64,000 nt of DNA from Octopus sinensis (taxonomy: Eukaryota): NCBI RefSeq assembly GCF_006345805.1, contig NC_043003.1, positions 34,162,001 through 34,226,000 on the forward strand, read 5' to 3'. This document shows positions 28,325 through 42,661 of this stretch, one piece after another. The translations under genes were made by a program, and so were the position numbers. Numbering within the stretch: the first letter of the stretch is position 1; each line of letters opens with the position of its first letter. Under the pieces are notes generated by a model, which worked only from the letters and a program-made list of their open reading frames with translations, did not search any database and was not told the DNA's origin.

Positions 28325-28655
28325 CCTAGCCTTAGGCGAGTGTCTTCCACTATAGCTTCGGGCTGACCAAAGCCTTATGTGTGAATTTGGTAGACGGAAA
28401 CTGAAAGAAGCCCATCGTATATATATATCAATGTGTGCGTGTCGTTGAGTTTGTGTTTGCTCCCCCACCACAACCGCTTGACAACCGGTGCTGGAGTGCT
28501 TACGGCCTATAAATTAGCGGTTCGGCAAAAGCGGCTGATGGAATAAGTACCAGGCTTTTAAGAAATAAATACTGGGGTCGATACACTTAACCGAAAGTTC
28601 TTCAAGGCGGTGCCCTAGTATGGCCGCAATCTAATGACTGAAACAAGTAAATAAT
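28325..28655 (+). mobile_element. SINE family B, 5'-truncated
   Basis: GTGTCTTCCACTATAGC...GGTAGACGGAAACTGAAAGAAGCCC...TGACTGAAACAAGTAAA matches family B. Confidence 0.82.
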
Positions 28656-30489
28656 ATAAAGAAGAAAAACATTTTTTCAGTTTTTTTAAAGGTGTGTAGT
28701 GTAATTCGAGGTAAGTTTCTGACTGCTATTTTGAGCAGGTCAAGCAGCTCTAGTAGGTAGAAGAGTTAAAGAGAGAAACAACTGTGTGGCTGTTGCCTAG
28801 TGTTTCCCAAGTTTGGTGAATGATTATTTTTACTGGACCGCTTTGAGGTGGATTGATGTTTGTGTGTACCACAGCAGAACCGTTACAGAAACATGAGCAG
28901 TTCTCTGTTGATCGTCGTACTTGATGCTTGGATAGACCTAGCAGCTGATCAAGGCGGAAGTTCTTTGGTGAGCTATCAAAGAGTGGGTCGGAGAGAACCC
29001 CCCATCTAAACACACAGCGATGAAGCGATGTAGCCAGACACCCACGATCAAAGAAATGAAAGATCAATGGAACCTATAGGCAGAAAACTTAACTAGGATG
29101 GTTGAAGACTCTGCTGATGCTAAAAGAAACGCTATTACTTTTGATGAAGTTTTGAAGTATGAGCATGACGTGGGTCTCGCTCTGCAGAAATTTCTACTGA
29201 CGATCGCTAAAAGAGAAAGAGACTCAAGGGGATAATGGTTGTGGTTGCTAACGAGTGATTCTGTGATTCTTTGAAGACGTTGCTATCGAAAGAGATTAGG
29301 TAATGGTTCGCACGGCCTTTGTTGGCAATGTGATACATTCATTGTTATAAACGGTGAAGAATTCTGTCAATATATATGTTAATCCCTGTAGAATATAGAA
29401 GTAAGCACTGAAGTACAATTTCTGATTAATTTGGAGTTGGCAAAAAAGCTGTATTTTTTGAATTTTTAGTTCGTAGCGGTGGCACTACTGAAAAGGAAAA
29501 CGAGAATTTTGGTGGAGTTATGCGTGTAATATAGAGTTAGAAGCGAAACGAGTAACGATGAGTTTTAGTTACAAGGCCATCAGTGTGACAGATATTGAAT
29601 ACCAAACTAGTTGTTTATAGAGCAATTAAAGGAGACAAAAAACATTGTTTAACAAATATCACTCAATAGGAGTCCTGTCAACAATATCGTTACAGTTATG
29701 AGAAAATACATAAATATTTATACAACGAAAATACAAAATGTCCCTAAAATAACCACCTGTAAATTTGTGCTCTGTGATCGAAGTTGCGGTTACAATTCTG
29801 ACATTTTAGTTTTAAAAACAAGAGTAGTCGCTCTCGCTCTCTTTCTTTCTCTTTATCTTTCTCTCTCGTTCTTATTATCTCCTTCCCTCCCGCCCTCCTT
29901 TTCTCTCTCTCTCTTTCTCTCTTTCCATCTCTCTCTCTCTATCTCTCTTCCTTTCTCCTTTCTTTCGTCAAAACTTGAGCAACAGGGTGAAATCAAAGTT
30001 CAATATTACCATACCTCACCCTAGATCTTCTGGTTCTCCCTCTCTCTCCTCTTTCATGTTTGCTTGTTCTCTGTACACACAAACACACACACACACATAC
30101 ACACACACACACACACACAAATATATATATTTTCACTCCTCTATTTTCTCTATCTTTCCTCTCTTTTCGATCTGTCATGTCATTTTTTTTTTTCTCCATC
30201 CTTTCAAGTCTCTCTATTTCTATCTCCATTACTACAGTGCTTTGTTCGCTATGCTATATGAACATATCTCACATCTTCAAAGCATTGGGGGATTTATGAT
30301 GTCCATTTTTTATATTTTATATTTTATATTAGCTTCCTTTTATGTTTGTCTATGAAGTCAACTAGTTCTATTCACGTTCTATCCAAGCTTTGTTTTTTTT
30401 TCTGTTTTTTGTTTTTGTTTTTGTTTTTTACTCTCGTTTCGCTTTTTCTACTGTCTACTCATCTGTCTGTCCGCCTGAATGTCTTACGT

Positions 30490-30870
30490 TTTTATGTATG
30501 TATGTATGTATGTATATGTATGTACGTACGTGCGTATGTACGTTTGTATGTACGAATGTATGTATGTATGTATGTATGTATGTACGTACGTACGTACGTT
30601 TGTATGTACGCATGTATGTATGTATGTATGTATGTATGTATATATGTATGTATGGATGGATGGATAGATGGATGGATGTGTGTGTGTGTGTGTGTGTGTG
30701 TAAGCATGCTCGTATAACATCTATCTGTCCATCTAACTATCGAGCTGAATTTTCTTTCTTTTTTATTATTATTATTATTATCTGTTTATTCTGACAGTCT
30801 GTTGGTCATTTGATCAGGTCTATATTTTTTCTTTCAGTTAAATAATCTTTATATTTACAAATCATTAGTA

Positions 30871-30934
<64 letters not shown>

Positions 30935-30998
30935 GTCTGTCTATCTATGTATCTGTTTATCTGGCTATATGTCGGTCTGTCTGCCTGACTGTCTGACT

Positions 30999-31029
<31 letters not shown>

Positions 31030-31067
31030 AATTTCTTGGTTATCTATCTATCTATCTATCTATCTAA

Positions 31068-31101
<34 letters not shown>

Positions 31102-31320
31102 GTCTGTCTGTCTGTCTCTTACTCTGTCTTTACCACTCAATTTCTTAGTTATCTATCTATCAATCTATCTACCTATATATTTATTTATCTATATCAGTCT
31201 ATCTGTCAGTCTGCTTGTCTGCCTGTCCCTTTCCCAGACTGTCTTTCTAACTGGCGGGCAATTAGTTGGTTTTCTATCCGTCTATCTGTCAGTCTATCTG
31301 CTTGTATATCTATCTAGCTA
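30490..31320. repeat. (TATG)n, (GGAT)n, (GT)n, (ATCT)n and (GTCT)n microsatellites
   Basis: Read directly. Confidence 0.93.
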
Positions 31321-31711
31321 CTTCATTTTTTAAATATTTTTATGTATCTGTATATCTTTAATAAATTTCTTAATTTTTTGTTTATCTGTTTGCTTCTATC
31401 TAAGTGAGACCTAGCTAGTTCATTTCACAATCCGACAAGTTGCGAGTTCATCTTACAGCGCATCACCTTAGAAGTTTCTACCTTAGTCGTGAACTAATTC
31501 TATACAGGTGGTACTTGGTAAACAGAAACTGTGTTGAAGCTGGTTCTTTGGTGTGGAACATTTCATCCAATAAACGCCGTTATCTGATCTTAGTGTACTT
31601 ATAAGGACTCCACTCAGTTGTAAGCATTTAAAGCTAGGTCTTCGGATTCAGAATAACTTCTTACTTTGTCCAAACTGTCTCGCATGCTTTGGAAAGAGTC
31701 ATGGACGATAC

Positions 31712-31905
31712 CTTTTTCTTTACTACCCACAAGGGGCTAAACACGAGGACAGACAAACGGATTAAGTCGATTACATCGACCCCAGTGCGTAACTGGTACT
31801 TCTTTAATCGACCCCGAAAGAATGAAAGGCAAAGTCGACCTCGGCGAAATTTGAACTCTGAATGTAGCGACAGACGAGATACCGCTAAGCATTTCGCCCA
31901 GCGCA
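31712..31905 (-). mobile_element. SINE family A, tail type i, solitary
   Basis: CTTTTTCTTTACTACCCACAAGGGGCTAAACAC... tail plus family A body; head slightly truncated. Confidence 0.87.
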
Positions 31906-32405
31906 CTAGGCCCATCTAACAATCAACTAACCAACAGTTAATTTATTGTCAGCAGATTTAATGGAAGGCAGACTATAATCCTAACCAAGAATGATTGCGT
32001 GGTGAGGAAACAAATAATATTAGTGAAAGATTAACAACATATTTATTTTGGAGGTGGAGACAAACAGGGAAGACAACTTTGGTCATGTTTCGGTCGCATT
32101 ATGAACTTATTTGCAAATTATCGCTTCATACTTGCTGGAGTAGTGAAGAGAGAAACATTAAGTAAATATACACTTAGATTGCACAGTAGTTAGCGCAGGG
32201 AGAGTCTATCAAACAAATTTATCCAAATATATGTGCAATTACTGTACCCTGACTCCAGCGAGACGCAAGATCTATACAGAAGAGTAGAGAAATAACTCGG
32301 AATATCTGTGACATGACTTTATAACAAAAAACAAACAAGATGTACTAAATCCCATATACATATGTGTGTGTGTGTGTGCGTGTGAGTATGTATTTATAAA
32401 TAAAT

Positions 32406-32444
<39 letters not shown>

Positions 32445-32603
32445 GGCGCAGGGGTAGGTGTGTGGTAAGAATATGCTTCCCAACTGTATGTTTTCGAGTT
32501 CAGTGTCACTGTGTGGCACCTTCGGGAAGTGTGTTCTACTATTGCCTCGGCCAGAGCAAAGATTGTGAGTGGATTTGTTGGGGGACACCGAAAGAAACCC
32601 GTC

Positions 32604-32606
<3 letters not shown>
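32445..32606 (+). mobile_element. SINE family B, 5' half, diverged
   Basis: GGCGCAGGGGTAGGTGTGTGGTAAG...GAAAGAAACCCGTCG, then (AT)n. Confidence 0.72.
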
Positions 32607-32662
<56 letters not shown>

Positions 32663-33399
32663 TATACACACACACACATACACACATACACATACATAAA
32701 TGTGTGCATGTGCGTGTGTGTACGTATGTATATGATAACATCATAGCAAGTTTGACCAGAAACATTTTAAGAACTACGACTAAGGTAAAAGTGTCATTGA
32801 TTATTTCCATAATTAATATTATCTAACTGGAGGCAATCATATATTTTGTGTGTGAATGTTTGTGGCATTTATACTTAAGGCGGAGGGTAAAATGCAATTC
32901 AAGTGTCACGTCTTTGGAGATGAAGTTTCTATAAAATTCATCAGTGGAAGATTCTAATTATAATTACGAACATAGTTATCATGTATTTTTTTCTTTTTTA
33001 TCAAGGTCTGTGGCCCGTAAACGTTATACTTTGTTTGATGTGATCAACTAGTTATGATTCTCGAAAACTAAAAAAGTTAAAGTATTTAAAATACCCAAAG
33101 AAGACGCTTTATCCGAAAGCGATTTTGAAAATCATTGTGAGGTTTCCTACGTACCAGAAAACAATAATACATGAAAAATTTAATATGTGTGAAATAGATA
33201 TAATTTTGTAGTTACCAAACAGCCCCATATTTTTACATTTTCTTTTATCAAAACTGGCTTGCCCCTTCTTTTTTTTTTCATTCCGATCATCATTGCCAAA
33301 ATGTTTTAATAATTTACGAAGCCAATAGATGTAATCACATTTGATATCTCCCTCGTCGTCGTCGTCGTCGTCATCACCATCATCATCATCATCGAAGTA

Positions 33400-33412
33400 A
33401 TAATAATAATAA

Positions 33413-33470
<58 letters not shown>

Positions 33471-33550
33471 CATTAATTATTATTATCATTATTATTATCA
33501 TTATTATTATCATCATTATTATTATTATTATTATCATTATATTATTATTA

Positions 33551-33593
<43 letters not shown>

Positions 33594-33754
33594 GTTATTG
33601 TTATTGTTATTATTATTATTATCATCATCATCTTCATCATCATTATCATTATAGCAGTTACTGTTATTATTTGCATTCTTGATTCACCCGCGTTGCCAGA
33701 CGTATGGCTCCTGTCAGTTATGCATAGATTCATTTCTAGTGTTTGTGATAGAAT

Positions 33755-33821
<67 letters not shown>

Positions 33822-34052
33822 TAACAACAACAACAGCAACAACAATAATAATAACAATAATAATAATAGTAATAATATTAATAATAATAATGATTATTAT
33901 TATTGTTGCTGTTGTTGTTGTTGTTATTATTATTATTATTATTAATATTATTTATTATTAATATTATTATTATTATTAATTATTATTATCATTAATTATT
34001 ATTATCATTATTATTATCATTATTATTATCATCATTATTATTATTATTATTA

Positions 34053-34092
<40 letters not shown>

Positions 34093-34279
34093 GTTATTGT
34101 TATTGTTATTATTATTATTATCATCATCATCTTCATCATCATTATCATTATAGCAGTTACTGTTATTATTTGCATTCTTGATTCACCCGCGTTGCCAGAC
34201 GTATGGCTCCTGTCAGTTATGCATAGATTTCATTTCTAGTGTTTGTGATAGAATGTTAATAATAATAATAATAATAATA

Positions 34280-34318
<39 letters not shown>

Positions 34319-34490
34319 TAACAACAACAACAGCAACAACAATAATAATAACAATAATAATAATAGTAATAAATTAATAATAATAATGATTATTATTATT
34401 GTTGCTGTTGTTGCTGTTGTTGTTGTTATTATTATTATTATTATTATTAATATTATTATTATTATTATTAATATTATTATTACTGTTATT
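33400..34490. repeat. (ATT)n/(AAT)n field containing a ~500-bp tandem duplication
   Basis: Unique core GCATTCTTGATTCACCCGCGTTGCCAGACGTATGGCTCC occurs at 33673 and 34172. Confidence 0.93.
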
Positions 34491-34639
34491 ATCATGTCTG
34501 TTTTCCATATTCGATGCGGAAAAAAAAAGCCTTGTCGCTTTTATAATTTGTCCTTTGTCGTTTCAGACCCTCCTCATCCGTCACCCTTGTGGCCATAATA
34601 GAAAACATTACTATTAGTGTAGTTAATAGTTTCTTTTTC

Positions 34640-35221
34640 TCTACTCCTTGCTGCTGCTGCTACTGCTGCTGCTACTGCTGCTGCTGCTGGTGGTGGTAGA
34701 GATGGCGGTGGTTATGAGTGGGCTGGTAGTGGTGGTGGTAGTGGGTGGCTGCTGAGCTCTTGTGAAGGTTGTTATTGTTTAGTATGGTCCACTTTCCTGC
34801 CTCATCATAATGTTGCTTGTTGTTGTTGTTGTTGTTGTCATTACTATCGTCATCGTCATCATCCTCATCATCATCAATATCTACAACAAAAACAACAGCA
34901 GCAGCAGCAGCAACAGCAGCACCAACAGTGTCATCCGCTGACAACAATTAGAAGCTGTAGGATGGGGGGGGTAGGTGATTGTAAATCTGTCGTCGCTACG
35001 TAGAGCTAGAGTAAACGTGCTTGGTTCCAACTCGCTACACATTGCCATAGCAACAGGTTTAATAAAGCTTCAGTTGTGATTTGTCCATTATTAGTTCTAC
35101 CGACAAAATGAACTTAAGATGGCGAGTTGCAGTAAGGCGCATCTACAGAGATGGTGTCAATGCCACCACCACCACCATCACAACAGCAACAACAACCATC
35201 ACTATTAATACTGCTGCTGCA

Positions 35222-35256
<35 letters not shown>

Positions 35257-35259
35257 CAA

Positions 35260-35313
<54 letters not shown>

Positions 35314-35323
35314 CACCACCACC

Positions 35324-35419
<96 letters not shown>

Positions 35420-35420
35420 G
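34640..35420. repeat. (CTG)n, (GGT)n, (CAG)n, (CCA)n/(CTA)n triplet field
   Basis: Read directly; surrounds a unique island at ~34960-35160. Confidence 0.9.
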
Positions 35421-36124
35421 GTGTAGCTGTTTTTGTTGTTAGGAGGCATTCAGAGGTGTGAAGAGTACCCAGCCCTCCCTATGTGTCCCACCCCTTTCTT
35501 ATTTTTTTCTTATCTATGAACCATGCAAAATTCTCCAACTTGTTGTTGTTGTTGTTTTTCTTTTCTTTTGCAACAGATTTTATCATCTGCTTCCATTGTC
35601 TCCCTGTGATAAATAAACCAATGATGATTAAGTACTCTTACTGATGTAGATTTTGTAGAATTGGTAGAGCGCCAGACCAGAATAACTTGCAGTATTGAGA
35701 GATATCCGTTTTAATTCTAAAATGGAAAAGACCCATCCTCTTCTGTTATTGTCACCCCAGAGATATATTTATGTGGGCCCATTGCGCTCAGCTAAAAATG
35801 CGATACGCATGCTGCAGAGTGATGTCTGGCGTGAAATTATGCAAAAGAACGTTCTTTTTAATATTTTTAATCATCATCAAAATTAAGGTGATATTTAGAG
35901 AAGGCTGCGAGGTGTACAGAGAAATGGAATGCACCGATGTAAATGGACTTCAGTACGCAGCAAGTTTGTTACTCTCACTTGTGAGTTCAAACCTTGTGGA
36001 AATAATAAAAAATATATAATTGTTTTAGCCTTTAAATGACGGACATCAACTGATGTTTTAGAAACTTTATATGGATACAGCCATCATCAAGGAACTAATA
36101 AAATATAGTTTTTGTACCTTAACT

Positions 36125-36373
36125 GGCACTCTGTTGGTTACGATGACTAGGGTTCCAGTTGATACGATCAGCGGAACAACCTGCCCGTGAAATCAACGTG
36201 CATGTGGCTGAGCACTCCACAGACACGCGTACTCTTAACGTAGTTCTCTGAGAGATTCAGCGTGACGTTGAGTATAACAAGGCTGACTCATTTGAAATAC
36301 AAGTACGACTCATTTTTTGTCACCTGAGTGAATTGGAGCAATGTGAAATAAAGTGTCTCGCTCAAGGATACAA
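36125..36373 (-). mobile_element. SINE-like element, family D
   Basis: Minus strand begins TTGTATCCTTGAGCGAGACACTTTATTTCAC, typical of the segment just 3' of the tRNA head in many SINEs. Family membership is from recall; single clear copy in the window. Confidence 0.6.
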
Positions 36374-36669
36374 AGTGAAAATAAGTTTTAAAATTTCCCT
36401 TAAGAAAAAGAGATATTTAAAAAAATTTTTGCCCGTTTAGCACAGATTCACGTAACTCTTTTCTCGCCATTTAAGGGTCAAATCAACCAACGTTAATCAT
36501 TCTCAACTAAACTTGTATCAAAAGAAAACCCATTCATATTTCAAGTGACAATTCATTCAGCTTGCTATGCTTATAGAAATAATGAAGAAATTACCAGTAA
36601 TATACCACATCAAAATGATTGAGTATATAAAAGTCACTACAGCTTCAAAAGTTGTGCTACTCAGAGGAA

Positions 36670-36850
36670 ATGTAGGTGACTGCTTGATTCACAAGAAATA
36701 GCATCACCGTAAAATCGCATTCTACTGTTTTAAATATGTGAAAGCCACTTTTGATAGCCATAAAAAAAGAAGGCGTGGTCACAGATGAAATGCCTTTATC
36801 ATTGATCTATTTCGTCAGAGCTGACCTCTAGGGAATGAAAAAGATGAAAT
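36670..36850 (-). mobile_element. Dispersed repeat family C (decayed)
   Basis: GGCGTGGTCACAGATGAAATGCCTTTATCATTGATCTA is a reverse-complement match to the family C core. Confidence 0.42.
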
Positions 36851-37455
36851 TGGGCCCAGTATATAATACTGAAATCATCGTTTTTATTATTCTTACTGAG
36901 ATCAAACATATATTCTTACATAACATACATTTGATATTCAATACACTATTTTCCACTGAGGGTCATTAGTAATCCGACTTTAAAATGGTGCTTTCTTATG
37001 AGAATATATATATATATATATATATACGATTTATATTTTTTTATATATAAGTGATAAATAAATGATTCGGATGATGTATTTATTTATACATGCATACACA
37101 TATATGAAACACCCTCAAAATATATACATAAATATGCATGAATGCAAGCATGCACTTACATAGGAAATGATGTTTGCCGTTTGAATTTAACGAGTGCTTA
37201 TAAGTTGTAAGCTAATATGTATAAGTATATTGGCGTGCTTTTAAATGCATATACTTATGTAGACTTACATGCATGTGTGCATGCATACGTGCTCAGATGA
37301 AGATTTTGACGCAAGTCTGTGTCTATATATGCGTATGCATATGTGCTCTCATGTGTGAGAAGGAAATATTTCTAGGTATAAAGTCATGGGTTTAAAGCAT
37401 GTATAAATGCAGCCTCACAGTAGGTGCATGATTCTATGTGCATGTGTTTGTGTTT

Positions 37456-37491
<36 letters not shown>

Positions 37492-37827
37492 AGAAAGAGT
37501 GGGAGATTTACTTGCATAAGTATAAGAGTTCATGGATTCGCACAACACATAATTCATGACAGACGAATACTCTTCTCAAAGCAGTATTTCCCCGTGTGCC
37601 AATAAGATTGCTCGGCTGCATATCTGTGCACATGTACTTGTACATATGCGCACAGTTAAGTTGGCAATAAGATGTGCATTGTTGCAAAACATCGGTATAC
37701 AAGGACTGTGACTGCTCATGTCAAGTTGCATTTGGCATGTAGATCCTTTGACAAAGGGGATTTTCGAAATGTACTGAACATCTTAAATATATAGCTGTAA
37801 CCGCAAGCCTCCTAACACACACACACT

Positions 37828-37877
<50 letters not shown>

Positions 37878-38188
37878 TGTGTGAGTATGTATGTATATGT
37901 ATACATCGTATGTGTGTGCATAACACCCTGTGTGGTTCTGTAAGAGGCTGGTTGAATACTTAGCAGGTTGTGGCTATATTTCTAAGTCATGTAAGCATAC
38001 GTTCATAAATAAATATTTGTTGGTACTTTGATACTTGTATCTAGCAATAGTTATGCAAATGCATAGATATTTGCAATCTATCGTTCTTACCCTCTCCTTT
38101 TACCTTCATCTTGCACAAACACATCTTCATTTAAGTATCGTAGTTATACCCAGACACGCGCTTTTGTGTGTGTGTGTAAATATGTATG

Positions 38189-38222
<34 letters not shown>

Positions 38223-38923
38223 TGTATGTATGGAGGGAGGGAAGGAGGGAGAAGATGATGAAGACGAGGAAGGTCAGGATGAAAATACTTCTCATTACGG
38301 TCGTTGGGCCTTTTAGGACGATGACATTTTTGCTTATTCCTTATTGCTTCTATGTCAGAAGTAGGCTCCAACTCAGAAGAAGTATGACGAGGAATGGTGT
38401 GTCTTGGACTATATCATTGAAAGTTTCCAAGAAGATGAGCATTAATAAAGGGAAATGTGGCTGATATTTTTCGCCTGTTATGTCAAGTGGCTAGGTGGGT
38501 TCTGCCTTTATAACACGGCGAAGAAAGTGTCATTTTTCTTTTTTCTTTTTTTTTTTTGCTTTTATTTTTTTTTTTTTTTGGACGCTGTTGATTTTGATGC
38601 TGACATGATGATGGAAATTACGATGTTTATCGTGAGCTCGGTAATTTTGTCGAATGTTTTATCAAAGATGTTATGGGCAAACATTATTCGCGGTATCGAA
38701 TGAGATGGAAGAAGAGGTGTTACAGCAATAATGACGATGGTAAAGACGAATGAGGGAATGGAGGAACCAGAAGCACTGTCATTTTGGTTGTGATAATGAT
38801 GCGTTGGGGATGTAGTGGCTGAGGTACGACGACATTTTTGGTTTCTACTAAAGCCTTTAAGATTTTGAGTGTCGTTGCTAAAACAGAGTAGCAGTAGTAG
38901 TAGTAGCAATAGTAGTCGTAGTC

Positions 38924-38954
<31 letters not shown>

Positions 38955-39158
38955 CAGCAGCAGCAGCTGGTGCTGGCAGCACTTGATGTCAACAAGATCA
39001 TGGTAAGAATGGCGATGGTTGGGACACGGATGGAAGAGCAAATTAAAACAGCTCTCTTTACATTATGTTTTCCTCTGGTAATTGTTGCTACGACACAGAT
39101 TAACAACAACTGGCGTTTAACGCCTATACTACTACTACTACTACTACTAATAATAATA

Positions 39159-39207
<49 letters not shown>

Positions 39208-39214
39208 TAATAAT

Positions 39215-39426
39215 CCTTTCTACTATAGGCACAAGGCCTGCAATTTTGGGGAAGGGACTAGTCGATTTCATCGACATCAGTGCGTAACTGGTACTTAATT
39301 TATCGACCTCGAAAGGATGAAAGGTAAAGTCAACCTCGGGGAAATTTGAACTCAGAACGTAGCGTCAAACGAAATGCTGCTAAACATTTCGTCTGGCGCG
39401 CTAACGATTCTGCCAGCTCGCCACCC
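39215..39426 (-). mobile_element. SINE family A, full length, tail type ii with (TAA)n
   Basis: Complete head (TGCCAGCTCGCCACC on plus) and body. Confidence 0.88.
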
Positions 39427-39462
39427 TAAGAATAATAAAAATAATAACGATAATAATAATGG

Positions 39463-39617
39463 TTTTACATTTTGGCACAAGGCCAGTAATTTTGGGGGAG
39501 AGGACTAGTCGATTACATCGACCCCAGTGTTCAACTAGTACTTATTTTATCGACTCCCGACAGGATGAAAAAGCAAAGTTGACCTCGGCGGAATTTGAAC
39601 CTCAAAACGTAGAGACG
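39463..39617 (-). mobile_element. SINE family A, 5'-truncated
   Basis: Body and tail type ii match. Confidence 0.8.
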
Positions 39618-40332
39618 TTGATGATGATGATGATGATGAGGATGATGATGATGATGATGATGATAATGATGATGATGATGGTGATGATGATGGTAGTGGT
39701 GGTAGTGATGGTGGTGGTGGTGATGATGATGATGATGACGATGATAATGATGATGATCATGATGATGATTGTGGCAGTGACTGTATTAGTATTTGTAGTA
39801 GTAGTAGTAGTATTTGTAGTAGTAGTAGTAGTATTTGTAGTAGTAGTGGTTGTAGTAGTAGTAGTAGTAGTAGCAGCAGCAGCACTACACTCACTGCCAC
39901 CATTACCAAATAAACATCATTAATAACAAACGCGAACGATAATCAATTGGGGTCTTTTGCACAAGAAACCGCACAAATATGAAGAGAAGCATGCCAACAA
40001 CAGCAACAGCAAAGCATAAATATTTGCCAAAAAAAGGAAAATCAACATTTCTCTTACTTCAACACACCCAACATAAACAGAGAACATAACAAACACTTTC
40101 ATCAACATCGACACAAACTAACGAAGAAAGCAGCGGCGGCAGTATTAGCGGCGGCGCCTGCAGTAGTAGTAGTAGTAGTAGTAGTAGTAGCAGTAGTAGT
40201 AGTAGTAGCAGTAATAGTAGTTGTAGTAGTAGTATTTTAGTAGCAGCAGTAGCAGTAGAGTAGTAGTAGTAGTAGTAGTAGTAGTAGCAGCAGTAATAGT
40301 AGTAGTAGTAGTAGCAGTAGCAGTAGCAGTAA

Positions 40333-40382
<50 letters not shown>

Positions 40383-41784
40383 ATAGCTGATGCTGTTGTT
40401 GATGTGGTTGTTTTTGTTTTTGTTTGGTTTGTTTTTGTTTTATCTGTTTGGGATGCGGCGATGCTGGAGCACTGAGTTATCAATCAGTCTGGTGTTTATT
40501 CTCGTATCTTGTTTCTTCTGCCAAGTGGCAGGATTAATGAACATGTTAATAAATTAACACCAGTTGTTAAGCTGTGGGGGGAAGGGGAGATAAACAGAAA
40601 CCCAATCACGCACACACACACACACACGCACGCACACAAACACACGCGCGCGCGCGTTTTCATGCAGTTTCGGTCTATCAAATTCACTCATAATCTGGAG
40701 CTATAGTAACCACAATGTCATGTCTATGCCTCGCATTATACATTCTTTTCATTACCCACAAGATGGGCTTTCACGCCGATTTGGACAAATGACTGACTGA
40801 CTGTCCACTTTGATCAACGAACTACTGCCTCATGCTGTTATACTGTGTCTAACTATTCTACAGACATGTGCACCGACAGTTTAAAGAAATTTCCATGTAG
40901 AATTTGCATAATATTTTATGTGACAATAAGGTAGCGTCACGAATCTATAATGTAGTGAATTATGTGTGATTATGCAAGCAAATACTAAAGAAAACGTCTG
41001 GAAGTGTTTAAAATTGAAGCACAACAAGCAAGGGAGATAACTTCCCTAAGCCCAGTTAATTGAAATTTTCGGACAATATAAAGAATCCAGCTTGTAGTGG
41101 ATCTTGTCATTGTATCTAACAGATGGAAGCATCGGATGTGTTCCAAAGTCAATAAAACACCTCAGTGAATAATACTCTGTGCATTTAGCAAAATTAAGAG
41201 TGATCAATGTGAGTATAAACACGCGTGAGGACGTGTGTGTGTATTGATAAATAGGGATCGATACCCTAATCGTACGATCAAGACTACAACACTTGGACCA
41301 TTGAGCCATGCACCTCAACGTAAATATACATACATAAAGATAGACAGAAAGATAGATAAAAAGATTAAATATATATCATATATACTTCTTTGTAAGTGTA
41401 TATGTGTGTGTGCACGAGTGAGTGTGTGTGTAATTTCAAAGTTTACTAACACTTTGTGTCATGTTTCAACTAGAGTATAAAAGCAAAACAGCTTCCAGAA
41501 TCAGCAGAGTTTTTGATGTATCTGTTACATCTAGAAGTTGCTTAGCTGTTTTCTAGATAAAACACCTTGTAGATGCTAAGTAAACTTTCAAATATAAAAT
41601 AGCACATTCTGTCTTCAAACACATTGAATTCTTTTTTAGATATATATTTACTAGCACCTTAAGCTTTAGGAGTAAGTATATCAGTTCTACGGACATATAT
41701 TATCAAACTCAAAAGAAACCGCTGTTAACTTGCGTGATAATGGACGAGACAATGAGAAAACATCAGTGTGGTCGCTTATATTTT

Positions 41785-42346
41785 ACTCTTTACTCTTTAC
41801 TCTTTACTCTTTTACTTGTTTCAGTCATCTTGACAGCGGCCATGCTGGAGCACCGCCTTTAGTCGAGCAAATCGACCCCAGGACTTACTCTTTGTAAGCC
41901 CAGTACTTATTCTAGCGGTCTCTTTTGCCGAACCTACTCTTTACTTTTTACTCTTTTACTTGTTTCAGTCATTTTGACTGCGGCCATGCTGGAGCACCGC
42001 CTTTAGTCGAGCAAATCGACCCCAGGACTTATTTTTTGTAAGCCCAGTACTTATTCTAGCGGTCTCTTTTGCCGAACCGCTAAGTGACGGGGACGTAAAC
42101 ACACCGGCATCGGTTGTCAAGGAATGCTAGGGGGACAAACACAGACACACACACACACATACATATATATATATACATATATACGACGGGCTTCTTTCAG
42201 TTTCCGTCTACCAAATTCACTCACAAGGCATTGGTCGGCCCGGGGCTATAGCAGAAGACACTTGCCGAAGATGCCACGCAGTGGGACTGAACCCGGAACC
42301 ATGTGGTTGGTTAGCAAGCTACTTACCACACAGCCACTCCTGCGCC
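41785..42346 (-). mobile_element. SINE family B, full length (41935-42346), followed by a second copy of its 3' ~150 nt (41785-41934)
   Basis: Head GGCGCAGGAGTGGCTGTGTGGTAAG at 42346; tail segment present twice. Confidence 0.9.
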
Positions 42347-42574
42347 TATTTTGCTAGAAAAAGCCTTTCAAATCACTCTCAAGTCAAATTAATCATTTTA
42401 AAGATGGGAGGACAAACTCAATAATTTTTAAACTTTAGGAAAAAAAACAAACAAACAAACAAAATACTAGCTGGTCACGGTTAGAACGCTTGTGAGCATA
42501 TACCTGCCGGAAGAGTGCAATACTTGGACTAAAGAACAAACAGCTGTCCTTCATATTGGACGGTTGTAATGGTG

Positions 42575-42578
42575 GTAA

Positions 42579-42661
<83 letters not shown>

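Larger units (their letters stand above)
38880..40400. repeat. (TAG)n, (CTA)n, (TAA)n, (GAT)n triplet field
   Basis: Read directly. Confidence 0.92.

Noticed and set aside
28678-28715. Plus-strand microexon ending GAG|GTAAGT
   Set aside because: Lies in a decayed family C-like repeat segment; no coding context.
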